Shown: positions 1 through 10,526, numbered from the stretch's first letter. The stretch is 64,000 bases of DNA from an uncultured Candidatus Binatia bacterium (GCA_965218305.1 OZ244617.1:2270061-2334060), one strand, 5' to 3'. Made by a program: numbers and translations. The notes: generated by a model not told the origin, from the letters alone.

Positions 1-135
1 AATCCACTTGTCGTCCATGTCGGGCATCTCCGCCTCGACGACGACTTCGAACCCCAGCTTCTCCACATAGAAGGCCTTGGCGGCCTGTTGGTCCCGCACG
101 GGAACGGACACGTTGGTGATCTTTTCGTGCGGCAC
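1..135 (-). CDS. VOC/glyoxalase family protein, 5' part (runs off window edge)
   Basis: Manual translation from GTG at 135: MPHEKITNVSVPVRDQQAAKAFYVEKLGFEV..., a typical VOC N-terminus; GAAAGGA RBS upstream. Confidence 0.8.
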   Translation of the reverse strand, partial: MPHEKITNVSVPVRDQQAAKAFYVEKLGFEVVVEAEMPDMDDKWI

Positions 136-189
136 GGCGATGATCCTTTCGTGGCGGGTTCAAGTCCTCCGAATCGTTCCCAGTGGCCC

Positions 190-263
190 GTAGGTCGGAT
201 TAGCGAAGCGTAATCCGACACACCACAACGCGTCGGGTTACGCCTTCGGCCAACCCGACCTAC
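190..263. repeat. Inverted pair of GTAG-type REP sequences (REPIN-like)
   Basis: GTAGGTCGGATTAGCGAAGCGTAATCCGAC ... GTCGGGTTACGCCTTCGGCCAACCCGACCTAC; same family recurs at 15328. Confidence 0.85.
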
Positions 264-341
264 GGGGAGAACGGGTACGCAGGTCCTCGCGACATCGAGG
301 ACCTCGGTTCACTGCGAGGATAGTGCTTGGGAAATTTTGCG

Positions 342-2282
342 TCAAGGAGACGCGGGATCGCTGACGGGCCGTGCGACCTTCACCCTCACCAGGTGGGCTA
401 CGATGGCGAAAATCACGGCCCCGGCGCCGAGGCTGAGGGTTACGGCACCCGGGAAGACCATCGTGAAACCGCCCGCCACCAGGAGCATGCGCTCCCAAAC
501 GGCGGTCTCCTTCGAGATCCAGCCCTCGAAGCCCGCGGCCAGGGCGAACAGCGCAAGCGCGGCCGTGCCCGTCGAGAACAGGATCTCGACGACGCTGCCG
601 TCCATGAGGAGGCCGGAATTGAAAATGAACATGAACGGCAGCACGAACGCACCGATGGCCAGCCGTATGCCGATGAGCCCCACGATCATGGGGTTGGCTC
701 CGGCCAGACCTCCGGCAAGGAACATGGCCGGCCCCGCCGGCGGGGACATGGGGGCGATGACGGCGAAGTAGACCGCGAACAGGTGCGCGGCCAGCGGGTC
801 CACGCCCAGGGACACGGTCACGGGAACGATCATGATCGCCGTGAGGATATAGGTGGCGGCCACCGACAACGGAGCGCCGAGCACCAGGGATGCGATCATG
901 GCGATCACCAGGGCCGGGAACAGGTAGCCCCCGGAGAAGAGCATTATCATGGAGCCGAACTTGCCGCCGAAGCCGGTGGCGTTGATCGCGGTGACCATGA
1001 TGGCGCCCGCGGCGATGGGCAACGCCACGATGATGGTGGTCCTGGCCCCGGTCTCCAGTCCCTTGAGCACGTTCTTGACGAAGTCCTTGCGCCCCTTCTT
1101 CCTCAGCGCCGTCACCGCCAGCAAGGTCGCCATGGCCACCAGGGCGGCCCGGATCGGCGTGTAGCCTTCCAGCAGGACCCAGACGATGACCACCAGCGGC
1201 GCGATGAAGTGGCCGTCCTCCTTGAGTACGTTCCACGCCGTACGCCGGCCCTCGGTGGGGGAGATGATCCCCATCTTCACGCTCTCCATGTGCACCTGCC
1301 AGAAGACCGTGAAGAAGTAGAGACAGGCGGGGATGAACGCCGCCACGATGATCTGCACGTAGGGGATGCCGCTGATGTCGCTCATCAGGAACACGGTGGA
1401 CGCCATCACCGGCGGCATGAACATCCCGCCCATGGAGGCCGACAACTCCACCGCCCCGGCGAACTCCGGCCGGAACCCGACGCGCTTCATCATCGGGATG
1501 GTGAAGGAGCCGCTGGTGGCGACGTTGGCGATCTGGCTGCCGGAGATGGTGCCGAAGAGGCCGCTCCCCACCACCGCCACTTTGGCCGGCCCCCCCCGGG
1601 CGCGTCCGGCCATGGCGTCGGCCAGATCCACGAAGAACGCGGCGCCGCCGCAGTGCAGCAGCAACTGGCCGAAGAGCACGAACAGGATGATATAGGTGGC
1701 GGAGATGTTCATCAGCGAGCCCCACAGGCCCTGGGGGCTCAGAAACAGCACGTCGATGACAAGGTCAAAGGTCAAGCCCGAGTGCCACCAGATCCCGCCG
1801 AGAAGATTGCCCCAGAACATGTAGAGCAGGAAGACCACGGTGACCAGCACCAGCGGCATCCTCGACACCCGCCGTACCCCTTCGAGCACCAGCAGGATCA
1901 GCAGGCTGCCGAAGACGAGGTCCAGCAGAGGGGGCTCGTCGATTTGGCTCAGCCACAGGGTGATGCGCTCCAGGTTGAGCATCATATGGACCCAGATGGC
2001 CAGCGACAGGACCGCCGGGACCACGTCCCACACCCCCACCCGGGTTTTCTTGGCCCCCGGCGCGTAGACGATGAAGGAGAAAGCCAGCAGCCACAGGAGG
2101 TGCGTCGCCCGGTGCTGAAACACGTTCAGCTTACCGACGCCCATGATGAAGACGTACAGGTGGTAGAGCGAGTACAGGATGGCGAAGCCGGTGACGAGCT
2201 TGCCGGTGACACCCGTGAACTCCCTGCGGCTGCCCTCGGCGTACTCCTCGTACACCCGGCCCAGTGCGGTCAGGAATGGCAT
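342..2282 (-). CDS. TRAP transporter fused 4TM/12TM permease (TAXI type)
   Basis: Highly hydrophobic; GGPAKVAVVGSGLFGTISGS and GGMFMPPVM motifs of DctM fusion proteins. Confidence 0.93.
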   Translation of the reverse strand: MPFLTALGRVYEEYAEGSRREFTGVTGKLVTGFAILYSLYHLYVFIMGVGKLNVFQHRATHLLWLLAFSFIVYAPGAKKTRVGVWDVVPAVLSLAIWVHMMLNLERITLWLSQIDEPPLLDLVFGSLLILLVLEGVRRVSRMPLVLVTVVFLLYMFWGNLLGGIWWHSGLTFDLVIDVLFLSPQGLWGSLMNISATYIILFVLFGQLLLHCGGAAFFVDLADAMAGRARGGPAKVAVVGSGLFGTISGSQIANVATSGSFTIPMMKRVGFRPEFAGAVELSASMGGMFMPPVMASTVFLMSDISGIPYVQIIVAAFIPACLYFFTVFWQVHMESVKMGIISPTEGRRTAWNVLKEDGHFIAPLVVIVWVLLEGYTPIRAALVAMATLLAVTALRKKGRKDFVKNVLKGLETGARTTIIVALPIAAGAIMVTAINATGFGGKFGSMIMLFSGGYLFPALVIAMIASLVLGAPLSVAATYILTAIMIVPVTVSLGVDPLAAHLFAVYFAVIAPMSPPAGPAMFLAGGLAGANPMIVGLIGIRLAIGAFVLPFMFIFNSGLLMDGSVVEILFSTGTAALALFALAAGFEGWISKETAVWERMLLVAGGFTMVFPGAVTLSLGAGAVIFAIVAHLVRVKVARPVSDPASP

Positions 2283-2340
2283 GAGTTGCAGGTCAGGTAT
2301 GGCAGGTTACGCGGCAAGGGTATGCCGCGCGACGAGGCGC

Positions 2341-2380
2341 CGGGCGCCGGCGCGGACGTCACGTCCCGCACCGGCGCCCG
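2341..2380 (-). terminator. GC-rich hairpin between TAXI receptor and permease (mRNA stabiliser or partial terminator)
   Basis: CGGGCGCCGGCGCGGACGT-C-ACGTCCCGCACCGGCGCCCG imperfect inverted repeat. Confidence 0.5.
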
Positions 2381-2394
2381 ACTCGTACGCGCCG

Positions 2395-3396
2395 CTACTT
2401 CATGGCGCCCACTTCGCGGAAATACTTCTTGGTGCCCTCGTGGAGATTCAGCGCATCCGACGCCTTGTCCAGGGCGACCGTGTTCTCTGCGGTCAGCGCC
2501 TTGAAGGACGTGTGCACGTTCACCAGGTAGTCCTTGCTGCCGAAGATGGCCTTGGTGAGGGTGTATGCCTGATCCACGGACAGGTCCGACCGGATGGCGA
2601 TGATGTCGGCCATGCGCACGGTATGCAGGGGCTCCTTGTTGACGAACTTGTAGCCGTATCCGAAGTCCCCCGGGCTGTCGAGCTTCACGTACTCGTACCC
2701 GAACTCCGCGCCGAGCTTGTCGATGGCGTCCTGGTCGAGGCCCACCCAAACCATCTTCCGGTTGTTGGTGAGATCGACGATCCGGGCGCTCGGCTGCCCC
2801 CACAGACCTCCCAGGCCCTCGATCTGGCCGTCCTGGAGCAGCTCCAGGGAGGGAGCGGAGTACTGATAGTGAATTTTCGCGCCCCAGGCTTCCATATCCT
2901 TGAAGTTGGTGCCGTGCACCTTGGCCACGTCGTCAAAGACCATGTAGGAGCCGCTTCCCTTGGGACCCACTGAAATACCGTCCTTGGCCTTGCGGGACAC
3001 GTAGTCGCCGAAAGTATTGAGGCCGGCCTTGGGGGTGGCCACGAACATGAAGAGGTCCGCGCCCCAAAACGCCAGCAGATTGAATTTGTACTTCTTCTTG
3101 AACGGCGCCTGGCCGCGCTGGGCGCTGACCGCCATGCGCGCCGAGGAGCCCACGGCCACATCCGCCTTGCCGGTGCCGATCAGCGCCAGACCCGCCGCGG
3201 GACTGGATGTCGGGACGGCGACGTTGGAGTTGGGGATGGCCCGCCGCAGGGCTTCGCCGATCCCTTCCGCCTTCACCTGGAGCGTTCCGCCCGCCGGCGA
3301 CCCCGCGACCGAGATGTTCCACGACTGTGCGAATGCATTCACGCCCAGCAGCACGACCGCCAGGACCAGACTCAAAGACAGGGCTTTTCGTTTCAT
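2395..3396 (-). CDS. TAXI family TRAP transporter solute-binding protein
   Basis: Signal peptide MKRKALSLSLV..., GSPAGGT, ISVGPKGSGS and LHEG motifs; GAGGAGG RBS before ATG 3396. Confidence 0.9.
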   Translation of the reverse strand: MKRKALSLSLVLAVVLLGVNAFAQSWNISVAGSPAGGTLQVKAEGIGEALRRAIPNSNVAVPTSSPAAGLALIGTGKADVAVGSSARMAVSAQRGQAPFKKKYKFNLLAFWGADLFMFVATPKAGLNTFGDYVSRKAKDGISVGPKGSGSYMVFDDVAKVHGTNFKDMEAWGAKIHYQYSAPSLELLQDGQIEGLGGLWGQPSARIVDLTNNRKMVWVGLDQDAIDKLGAEFGYEYVKLDSPGDFGYGYKFVNKEPLHTVRMADIIAIRSDLSVDQAYTLTKAIFGSKDYLVNVHTSFKALTAENTVALDKASDALNLHEGTKKYFREVGAMK

Positions 3397-3586
3397 TCGA
3401 ATACCTCCTCGTTTTTGTCGATTGGGCCTACTTATCGCATTTGCCATGCAACATCAACAACAAGTTGGGTTGGGGGGAGGACGGGCGGAACAGCAGACTG
3501 ATCCCCATCTTGACCTGGTTGGACAAATGGCTGTAGTTCAGTTATCAGACTGTAGCTCAACATCCATTCGTCAGGAGGACAATCAT

Positions 3587-4582
3587 ATGAGACGAACCCG
3601 TTTTCTGGCACGCTTCGGCGTGGTTGCCATCGTAGCGGCCGCACTGGCGCTGGGCGTATCGAACTCCGTTCCGGCAGCCGACAAGCTGGTCGACAAGATT
3701 CACTTCCTCATTCCCGGCGGCGCCGGCGGCGGCTGGGACGGTACCGCACGCGGAACCGGCGAGGCGCTGACCAAGTCCGGCATCGTCGGCTCGGCCTCGT
3801 ACGAGAACATGTCCGGCGGCGGCGGCGGCAAGGCCATCGGCTTCCTCATCGAGAACGCCGCCTCCAACCATGGCACGTTGATGGTCAACTCGACCCCCAT
3901 CGTCATTCGCTCGCTGGTGGGGCGTTTCCCCCACAACTTCCGCGATCTGACGATGGTCGCCGGCACCATCGGCGACTACGCGGCGATCATCACGGGCAAG
4001 AACAGCCCCTACAAGAACTTCTCGGACGTGGTTGCGGCCTACAAGAAGAATCCGCGCAAGGTATCGGTCGGGGGCGGTTCGGTACCGGGTGGAATGGACC
4101 ATCTGGTTGCCGCGTTGGCCTTCCAGGCAGCAGGCGCCGATCCGACCAAGGTCAAGTACATTCCCTATGATGCCGGCGGCAAGCTGAATGCAGCGATCCT
4201 GTCCGGCGAAGTGGCTGCAGGTTCAACCGGCTTCTCCGAGGCGGTAGGGCTCGCAAAGGCCGGGGAGATGCGCATTCTCGCGGTAACCTCCGCAAAGCGT
4301 GTCCCGGCGTTCAAGGACGCGCCGACCCTCAAGGAGCAGGGATACGACGCGACGTTCGTCAACTGGCGCGGCTTCTTCGCCGCTCCCGGATTGCCGAAGG
4401 ACAAGGCGGACATGTACCGCAAGGCCCTCGCCGCGATGTATGCCACCCCCGAGTGGAAGGCCGTACGCGACCGCAACGGCTGGGTCGACATTCACAATTC
4501 CGGGAAGGATTTCACCGCATTCCTGGAGAACCAGGAAAAGGTGATCAAGGCCCTGATGCAGAAGCTCGGTTTCCTGAAGTAG
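3587..4582 (+). CDS. tctC: Tripartite tricarboxylate transporter substrate-binding protein (Bug/TctC)
   Basis: PGGAGGGWDGTAR, ENMSGGGG, PTLKEQG, NWRGFF motifs; AGGAGG RBS. Confidence 0.93.
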   Translation: MRRTRFLARFGVVAIVAAALALGVSNSVPAADKLVDKIHFLIPGGAGGGWDGTARGTGEALTKSGIVGSASYENMSGGGGGKAIGFLIENAASNHGTLMVNSTPIVIRSLVGRFPHNFRDLTMVAGTIGDYAAIITGKNSPYKNFSDVVAAYKKNPRKVSVGGGSVPGGMDHLVAALAFQAAGADPTKVKYIPYDAGGKLNAAILSGEVAAGSTGFSEAVGLAKAGEMRILAVTSAKRVPAFKDAPTLKEQGYDATFVNWRGFFAAPGLPKDKADMYRKALAAMYATPEWKAVRDRNGWVDIHNSGKDFTAFLENQEKVIKALMQKLGFLK

Positions 4583-4593
4583 CGACCAACATC

Positions 4594-4623
4594 ATCCGGG
4601 GCGTCCGCCGGGGCGCCCCGGAT
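4594..4623 (+). terminator. 13-bp stem hairpin after tctC
   Basis: ATCCGGGGCGTCC-GCCG-GGGCGCCCCGGAT. Confidence 0.55.
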
Positions 4624-4662
4624 TGCCTTCCTGTTGCGTGAGGGACGGGCAGGAGCGGATTC

Positions 4663-5148
4663 GTGACCCTCGAACGCGCGATCGCCTTGATATTCGTCGC
4701 CGTCTGTCTGGTCTATGGATACACGGCCTTTGTGGTCATGGAGGCCGGGCTGCTTCCGTTCGAGCTCAACATGACCTTTCTGCCCAACGTACTACCCAAA
4801 TGGCTGAGCGTACTGGGCGTGGTGGTGGGGGTCGCCGTGCTCATCCAGAGCGGTCCTGCGGCCGATGGGGAAACCGACCCGGACGGCATCGAGTTCCGAA
4901 ACCTGGGTCAGTACAAGCTCGGTCAGGCAATCCTGCTGCTGATCCTCATGATCGCCTATGCGCTCTTGCTTCGACCCGTCGGCTTCCTCACCGCAACGAC
5001 ACTCTTCCTGGTCCTGGGAGCCGTGACTCTCGGCGAGCGGCGCTACGTCGTCCTCGTTCCGGTTTCCGTGCTCTCGGCGTTCCTGATCTGGTATCTGGTG
5101 CAGGAAGTGCTCGGCATCTTCCTGCGCCCCTGGCCCTGGTTCTTCTGA
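4663..5148 (+). CDS. tctB: Tripartite tricarboxylate transporter small permease
   Basis: About 4-5 TM segments, LGIFLRP C-terminus, located between tctC and tctA. Confidence 0.9.
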   Translation: MTLERAIALIFVAVCLVYGYTAFVVMEAGLLPFELNMTFLPNVLPKWLSVLGVVVGVAVLIQSGPAADGETDPDGIEFRNLGQYKLGQAILLLILMIAYALLLRPVGFLTATTLFLVLGAVTLGERRYVVLVPVSVLSAFLIWYLVQEVLGIFLRPWPWFF

Positions 5149-6674
5149 TGCTTGAAGGAATCCTCACCGGTCTGTCGACCGCCCTGAGTTTTCAGAACCT
5201 CTTCATGGTCATCGCCGGGTGCCTGATCGGTACCTTCATCGGCATGCTGCCGGGCCTCGGCCCCATGTCGATCATCGCCATCATGATCCCGATCGCCATA
5301 CAGATCGGCGATCCGGCGGCCGCGCTGATTCTGCTGGCGGGTGTGTACTACGGCGCCATCTTCGGCGGTTCCACCTCGTCCATCCTGATCAATGCGCCGG
5401 GCGTGGCCGGTACGGTCGCCACGGCGTTCGACGGTTATCCGCTGGCGCGCCAGGGACAGGCCGGGAAGGCTCTGACCATTGCCGCCATCGCCTCCTTCTC
5501 CGGGGGCACCATCGGCGCCATCCTGCTGATGGGGTTCGCACCCGGGCTAGCCACCGTCGCCCTGTTGTTCCATTCCGCGGAATATTTCGCGCTGATGGTC
5601 GTGGGGCTTTCGGCCATCGCCGCCTTCGCGGGCGAGGGCCAGGTTGCCAAGGCGCTGATGATGACGGTCCTCGGCGTGATGCTGGCCACCGTTGGCGAAA
5701 GCGCATTGTTCAACGCCCCGCGCTTTACCTTCGGCATTCTGGACCTGCAGAGCGGAATAAGCTTCATTACCCTGGCCATGGCGCTTTTCGCCTTGCCGGA
5801 GGCTTTGTATCTGGTCCTCAACCCCAAGCGTTCGGAACGAGACGGCGAGGACGGCGGCAGGATCTCAAACCTGCGGATCACGCGCAGCGAGGCCAAAGAG
5901 ATCGCTCCCGTTATCGGCCGCCAATCGCTCCAGGGCTTCTTCATCGGGGTGATGCCCGGCGCCGGAGCGACCATCGCATCGTTCCTTGGCTATGCCGTCG
6001 AACGCAACATCGCCAAGGGGGAGGATAGGGCCAAGTTCGGAAAGGGGTCGATCAAGGGTCTGGCCGCGCCGGAAACCGCCAACAACGCGGCCTGCACGGG
6101 TTCTTTCGTGCCGCTGCTGACACTGGGTATTCCCGGATCCGGGACCACCGCGATCCTGTTGGGCGCCTTGATCGCGCTGAACGTACAACCCGGCCCGCGC
6201 CTGATGGTCGACAATCCCTCCATCTTCTGGGCCGTGATCATCTCCATGTACATCGGCAACATCGTGCTGCTGGTCCTCAACCTGCCGCTGATCCCCTACA
6301 TCGCCAAGCTCCTGGAGATCCCTCGGACCTACCTCATCCCGTTCATCCTGTTCTTCACCATGATGGGCAGCTACATCGGCCAGAACAATGCCACCGAGCT
6401 GGTGATGCTCACCGGCATGGGAATCGCGGCCACGATCATGCGCATGGCGGGTTTCCCGCTGGCGCCGATGCTGATCGGGTTCATTCTCGGACCGCTGCTG
6501 GAGGACAACTTCGCCCGCGCCATGAATCTGACCGACGGCATCAGCTTCATGTGGGAACGGCCGATGACCGCGGGATTGCTGCTCTTTGCCATCGTCCTTA
6601 TCTTTCTGCCTTCCATCCGGGCAGGTCTCGCCATGTTTGGAGGAGGAGGAAAGGGTGCCTCCGAAGGTGCCTGA
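5148..6674 (+). CDS. tctA: Tripartite tricarboxylate transporter large permease
   Basis: GMLPGLG, YYGAIFGGSTSSILINAPG, APETANNA motifs; TGATG coupling to tctB. Confidence 0.95.
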   Translation: MLEGILTGLSTALSFQNLFMVIAGCLIGTFIGMLPGLGPMSIIAIMIPIAIQIGDPAAALILLAGVYYGAIFGGSTSSILINAPGVAGTVATAFDGYPLARQGQAGKALTIAAIASFSGGTIGAILLMGFAPGLATVALLFHSAEYFALMVVGLSAIAAFAGEGQVAKALMMTVLGVMLATVGESALFNAPRFTFGILDLQSGISFITLAMALFALPEALYLVLNPKRSERDGEDGGRISNLRITRSEAKEIAPVIGRQSLQGFFIGVMPGAGATIASFLGYAVERNIAKGEDRAKFGKGSIKGLAAPETANNAACTGSFVPLLTLGIPGSGTTAILLGALIALNVQPGPRLMVDNPSIFWAVIISMYIGNIVLLVLNLPLIPYIAKLLEIPRTYLIPFILFFTMMGSYIGQNNATELVMLTGMGIAATIMRMAGFPLAPMLIGFILGPLLEDNFARAMNLTDGISFMWERPMTAGLLLFAIVLIFLPSIRAGLAMFGGGGKGASEGA

Positions 6675-6740
6675 CGGCTCCGGTCACCACCTGGAGCCCG
6701 TCTCGAAAGCACGGTACCGGAAAGACCGCGAGGGGAATCC

Positions 6741-7928
6741 ATGAGCACTGAAACGGAACTGCCCAAGGTACGTGCAGAGCACATCGGCAGCCTGGTCCAC
6801 CCCGACCGGCTGCGGGACGTCTTCCTTCGGTACGACCGGGGCGAGGCGTCGGAAGAGGAGTTGCTTCGAGCCCAGGATGAAGCCATTCGGGAGGTCGTCC
6901 GAAAACAGGAAGCCATGGGGCTGCCGGTCGTGGGGGACGGTGAACTGCGGCGGCACAACTTCCAGGAGAGTTTCTCCGCTTGCGTCTCCGGCTTCGACGT
7001 TCCCCGGGAGGCCACCCGTTTCTACCGCCATGAGAACGTGAACAAGACGCCTCTCGAACGCGCCGAGCAGGACTTCGACGCCGCCGGGCCGGCAATCATC
7101 ACCCGGCGCAAGACCGTCGCAAGACTTCACCGCGTTCGCAATCTGCCGCTGGAAGAGTACCGGTTCGCAAGCGACGCGGCCACCCGGCCCGTCAAGCCCA
7201 CCCTCATCGGCCCGGACCGCATCGCGCAGCGGTTCAAATGGGAAGACTCCCGATCCGTGTACCCCGACGGCCTGGACGAATTCGTCGAGGACGTCGTGCG
7301 CATCGAGCGGAGCATGATCGCCGACCTGGTAGCATCGGGCTGCCGCTATATCCAGATCGACGCTCCCGGCTACACGGCGTACGTGGACCGGGTTTCGCTG
7401 GACCGGATGCGCTCACGCGGCGAGGACCCGGACGAGAACCTCGAGCGTTCCATCCGGGCGGACAATGCGCTGATCGACGGCTTCCCGGGGGTGACCTTCG
7501 GCATCCATCTCTGCCGGGGAAACGCCCGCACCCTCGATCCAGTGACGGGGGAGCTGGTGCCGCAGTGGCATCGCGAGGGACACTATGACGCCATCGCCGA
7601 ACGCCTCTTTACCGGCCTGCGGCACCATCGCTTCCTGTTGGAGTACGACAGTGACCGTGCGGGCTCCTTCGAGTCGCTCCGTTTCGTGCCCGCCGACAAG
7701 ACCGTAGTACTCGGGCTGGTCACGACCAAAAGCGCCCGCGTCGAAAGCGTTGACGGACTGAGGAACCGCGTGGACGAAGCGAGCCGGTACTGCCCGCTGG
7801 AACAACTGGCGTTGAGCCCGCAATGCGGCTTCGGGGGCCTCTACAGCGAACGCCTGAGCGAGGACGACCAGTGGCGCAAGCTCGACCGCATCGTTGAGAC
7901 GGCCTCGGCCATCTGGGGTAGCCCCTAA
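6741..7928 (+). CDS. Cobalamin-independent methionine synthase II family (MetE C-terminal-like) Zn enzyme
   Basis: RAEHIGSL, DGELRR, Zn ligands HLCRGN, LEYD, SPQCGF; single domain only. Confidence 0.88.
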   Translation: MSTETELPKVRAEHIGSLVHPDRLRDVFLRYDRGEASEEELLRAQDEAIREVVRKQEAMGLPVVGDGELRRHNFQESFSACVSGFDVPREATRFYRHENVNKTPLERAEQDFDAAGPAIITRRKTVARLHRVRNLPLEEYRFASDAATRPVKPTLIGPDRIAQRFKWEDSRSVYPDGLDEFVEDVVRIERSMIADLVASGCRYIQIDAPGYTAYVDRVSLDRMRSRGEDPDENLERSIRADNALIDGFPGVTFGIHLCRGNARTLDPVTGELVPQWHREGHYDAIAERLFTGLRHHRFLLEYDSDRAGSFESLRFVPADKTVVLGLVTTKSARVESVDGLRNRVDEASRYCPLEQLALSPQCGFGGLYSERLSEDDQWRKLDRIVETASAIWGSP

Positions 7929-7962
7929 GAGCCGGTATCGGCCGGCGGTGCTGTGCGAGCGC

Positions 7963-7987
7963 GGGCGGGTTTGAAACCCGCCCCTAC
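7963..7987 (-). repeat. GTAG-type REP, family B
   Basis: GGGCGGGTTTGAAACCCGCCCCTAC, identical to 10399-10423. Confidence 0.85.
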
Positions 7988-8047
7988 ATCGTCATGCGCC
8001 TTGCGGCTCAGGCTCCCGGCGGCCTGCCGCTACCGGCAACGCCCGAC

Positions 8048-8896
8048 CTACCGGCCCGGCGCAATGGCGGGCTGCCCGGCTTGCGGCCACGCGGTGGGCG
8101 CGCTCGCCTTGGACAACCGCTCTTCCAGCGGCAGGGTTTCGTCCCAGTGATAGGCGATGAAGCGCCGGCCGTTGATGCCGTTGGACGCCTCCGAGGCGAG
8201 CCACACCACCGGCTTCTCCATGATGGGCGGCTGAATGAGCTGATCCCGGTCGTAGGGGGCGTCCTGCGGTATCAGGTTGGTGTTGGCCGGCCCGCCCGGA
8301 ACCAGCACGTTCGCGGTGACTCCGGTGCCCTCCAACTCCTGGCACAGGGTGGCCATGAAGGCTTCGTGGCCCGCCTTGGACGGCCCGTAGGGTGAGCCCC
8401 ACGCCCGGTACATGGTATCCAGGCTGGTGGTGACGCCGATGATGCGGCCCCACCCCTTCTCGATCATGTGCCCCACCGCCGCGCGCACGGTGAAGAAGGG
8501 TCCGCTGCAGTTCACCGCATATACCCGCACCCAGGCCTCGGGCGAAACCTCCCAGCACTTCTCGCGGAACTCGGTCGTCAGGCCGACGTTGCGCGGGTTG
8601 GTGCCGGCATTGTTGACGAGAATGTCCAATCCGCCCAGGCTGGAAATGGCCGACTCCACCGCCCTCGCCGCGTCCTCCGGATCGGCCACGCTGGCCACGA
8701 CGGGAAGCACGCTGTCCTTGCCGTTGGCGGCCCGCACCTCGTCCGCGGTCTGGTTGAGCCACTCCTCCTTGATGTCCACCATGGCCACGCGCGCCCCGGC
8801 GGCCGTCAGGGCGAACGTCATGCGGCGGCCGAAGCCGATGGGGCTGCCGGCCCCGGTCACCAACGCCACTTTTCCTTCCAACGGTCTGTCAGCCAT
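8048..8896 (-). CDS. SDR family oxidoreductase
   Basis: TGAGSPIGFG, NNAG, YGPSK (YxxxK). Confidence 0.92.
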   Translation of the reverse strand: MADRPLEGKVALVTGAGSPIGFGRRMTFALTAAGARVAMVDIKEEWLNQTADEVRAANGKDSVLPVVASVADPEDAARAVESAISSLGGLDILVNNAGTNPRNVGLTTEFREKCWEVSPEAWVRVYAVNCSGPFFTVRAAVGHMIEKGWGRIIGVTTSLDTMYRAWGSPYGPSKAGHEAFMATLCQELEGTGVTANVLVPGGPANTNLIPQDAPYDRDQLIQPPIMEKPVVWLASEASNGINGRRFIAYHWDETLPLEERLSKASAPTAWPQAGQPAIAPGR

Positions 8897-9044
8897 TAGC
8901 GGTGCCTCCTCTTCGGTGAGCTGTCACGAATGAACCGTATGCGTCCTTGCGCATTCAGGACACTACAACAGGCTTCCCGAATCACGCAAGGTAAAGGCAC
9001 GCCACGTCTTCGGAACGGAGCACCGGTGGTATCCTTCGGTCGGT

Positions 9045-10247
9045 CTAGCGCGGCATTTCCACGCGCGCCTCCAGGAATGCGGGAGGCGCCGCGGCGCGGG
9101 TGCGCAGGGGTCGCGGGCCGCCCGCATCGAGCAGTCCACGCAAGAAGGCGTTCTGACGCTCCCTGGCGACCCGTAGTGGCACGTCCCGGATCATCACCGC
9201 GAAGAACGTTCGACCGAACTTGCGGGTATGCGCGACACCGGCCAGGGTCGATATCCGAAGCACGCGCACGGTTCCCGACTTGGCGACCACCGCTCCACGA
9301 TAGCGCGGCTCGGCCAGCCGGTCCTCCAAGGTGCCGCGGTCCACTCCGGCCACGGGGAGCACGTCGCGAAAGGACAGACCGCGGGCCTTGAGGGTCCTTT
9401 CCAGGGCACCGAACATCGCCACCGCGGCCCGTGGACTCAGTTGGTTCGTCCGGCCGTCCCCCGCGGCGTTGTCGATGACCATGGACGACCGGGGCACACC
9501 GGACACGCTTGCCCGAAGAATGCGCTGCACCGTTTCCGGACCGCCGATCAGGTACGAGAACTCGTGGAAGTTGTCGTTGGAGTGACTGTTGAAATCCTTG
9601 AGGTGGCGGAGCAGAGGCGGCGATGCGTGCACCACGAGGACACGCCGTGGGCGTGCCTCGCGGGCGGCGCCGCGCCCGAACCGGAGCTTGAAATCTTCCA
9701 ACAGCATATGTTTGCCGGGATAAAGAGCGCCGGTCACCACCGGCCAGCGTTCAGCGCCCAGGCGACCGGTCCAGGCGCGCTTGAGCCGGCGCCCTTCGGG
9801 GTCGGGAGTCCAGTCGAAGAAGAACGGTCCCTCGACCCGGATCACCCCGTTCACCCGGCGGATTCCCTCGTCCCGAATCCTCAACAGGACCAGAAATGCG
9901 TTCTCGAACAGGAAGTACGGATCACCTTCCGCCTGAACCACCAGTTCTCCGTGCAGGGTCCCGTCGGTTACGGGACCCGCGGTGAGAATCGTCGTCCGGA
10001 AACGGCGGTCCGGGCGAAGCCTTGAGAGAAAGGCCAGCGTCGTGGCCACTTTCGTGACCGAGGCGGGATGGTACGGGCGCGTCGCGTTCAACGCGGCCAG
10101 CACCGCTCCATTCTCCGCCTGCACGAAAACCCCGTGGTCGTCACCGACCCGTTTTCGCGCAAGGGATTGCAACGGAGGCTCGGCCGCGGACGCCGGCGCA
10201 GTCAAGAGATGAATGGCCAGTATTGTAAGCCCGAGCGTTCTATACAT
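9045..10247 (-). CDS. dacB: D-alanyl-D-alanine carboxypeptidase/endopeptidase, peptidase S13 (PBP4-like)
   Basis: Signal peptide, PASVTK (SxxK), GDP, AKSGT (KTG-like). Confidence 0.82.
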   Translation of the reverse strand: MYRTLGLTILAIHLLTAPASAAEPPLQSLARKRVGDDHGVFVQAENGAVLAALNATRPYHPASVTKVATTLAFLSRLRPDRRFRTTILTAGPVTDGTLHGELVVQAEGDPYFLFENAFLVLLRIRDEGIRRVNGVIRVEGPFFFDWTPDPEGRRLKRAWTGRLGAERWPVVTGALYPGKHMLLEDFKLRFGRGAAREARPRRVLVVHASPPLLRHLKDFNSHSNDNFHEFSYLIGGPETVQRILRASVSGVPRSSMVIDNAAGDGRTNQLSPRAAVAMFGALERTLKARGLSFRDVLPVAGVDRGTLEDRLAEPRYRGAVVAKSGTVRVLRISTLAGVAHTRKFGRTFFAVMIRDVPLRVARERQNAFLRGLLDAGGPRPLRTRAAAPPAFLEARVEMPR

Positions 10248-10398
10248 GGTGCCGAGAAAGAGTGTTGGAACGGCGTGACGCCAGCCCGAGGATAGCCACG
10301 CCCCGCGAAACTCACAAGACCCTGGGCAAATGGCTTCCTTGGGATCGGAACTTGTCGAGCCCTGGACTTTTCGACGTGGCTATCTGCCATGCGGGCAC

Positions 10399-10423
10399 GG
10401 GCGGGTTTGAAACCCGCCCCTAC
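10399..10423 (-). repeat. GTAG-type REP, family B
   Basis: GGGCGGGTTTGAAACCCGCCCCTAC. Confidence 0.85.
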
Positions 10424-10526
10424 GGCCGGAACGCCTTGCAGCCCCGGGTCGGAGCGAGTATTCAAGGATGCGAGCCCCGACGAACAGGAGCGGTGGAACG
10501 CAGGGCAGCATCAGGAGGACCACGGC

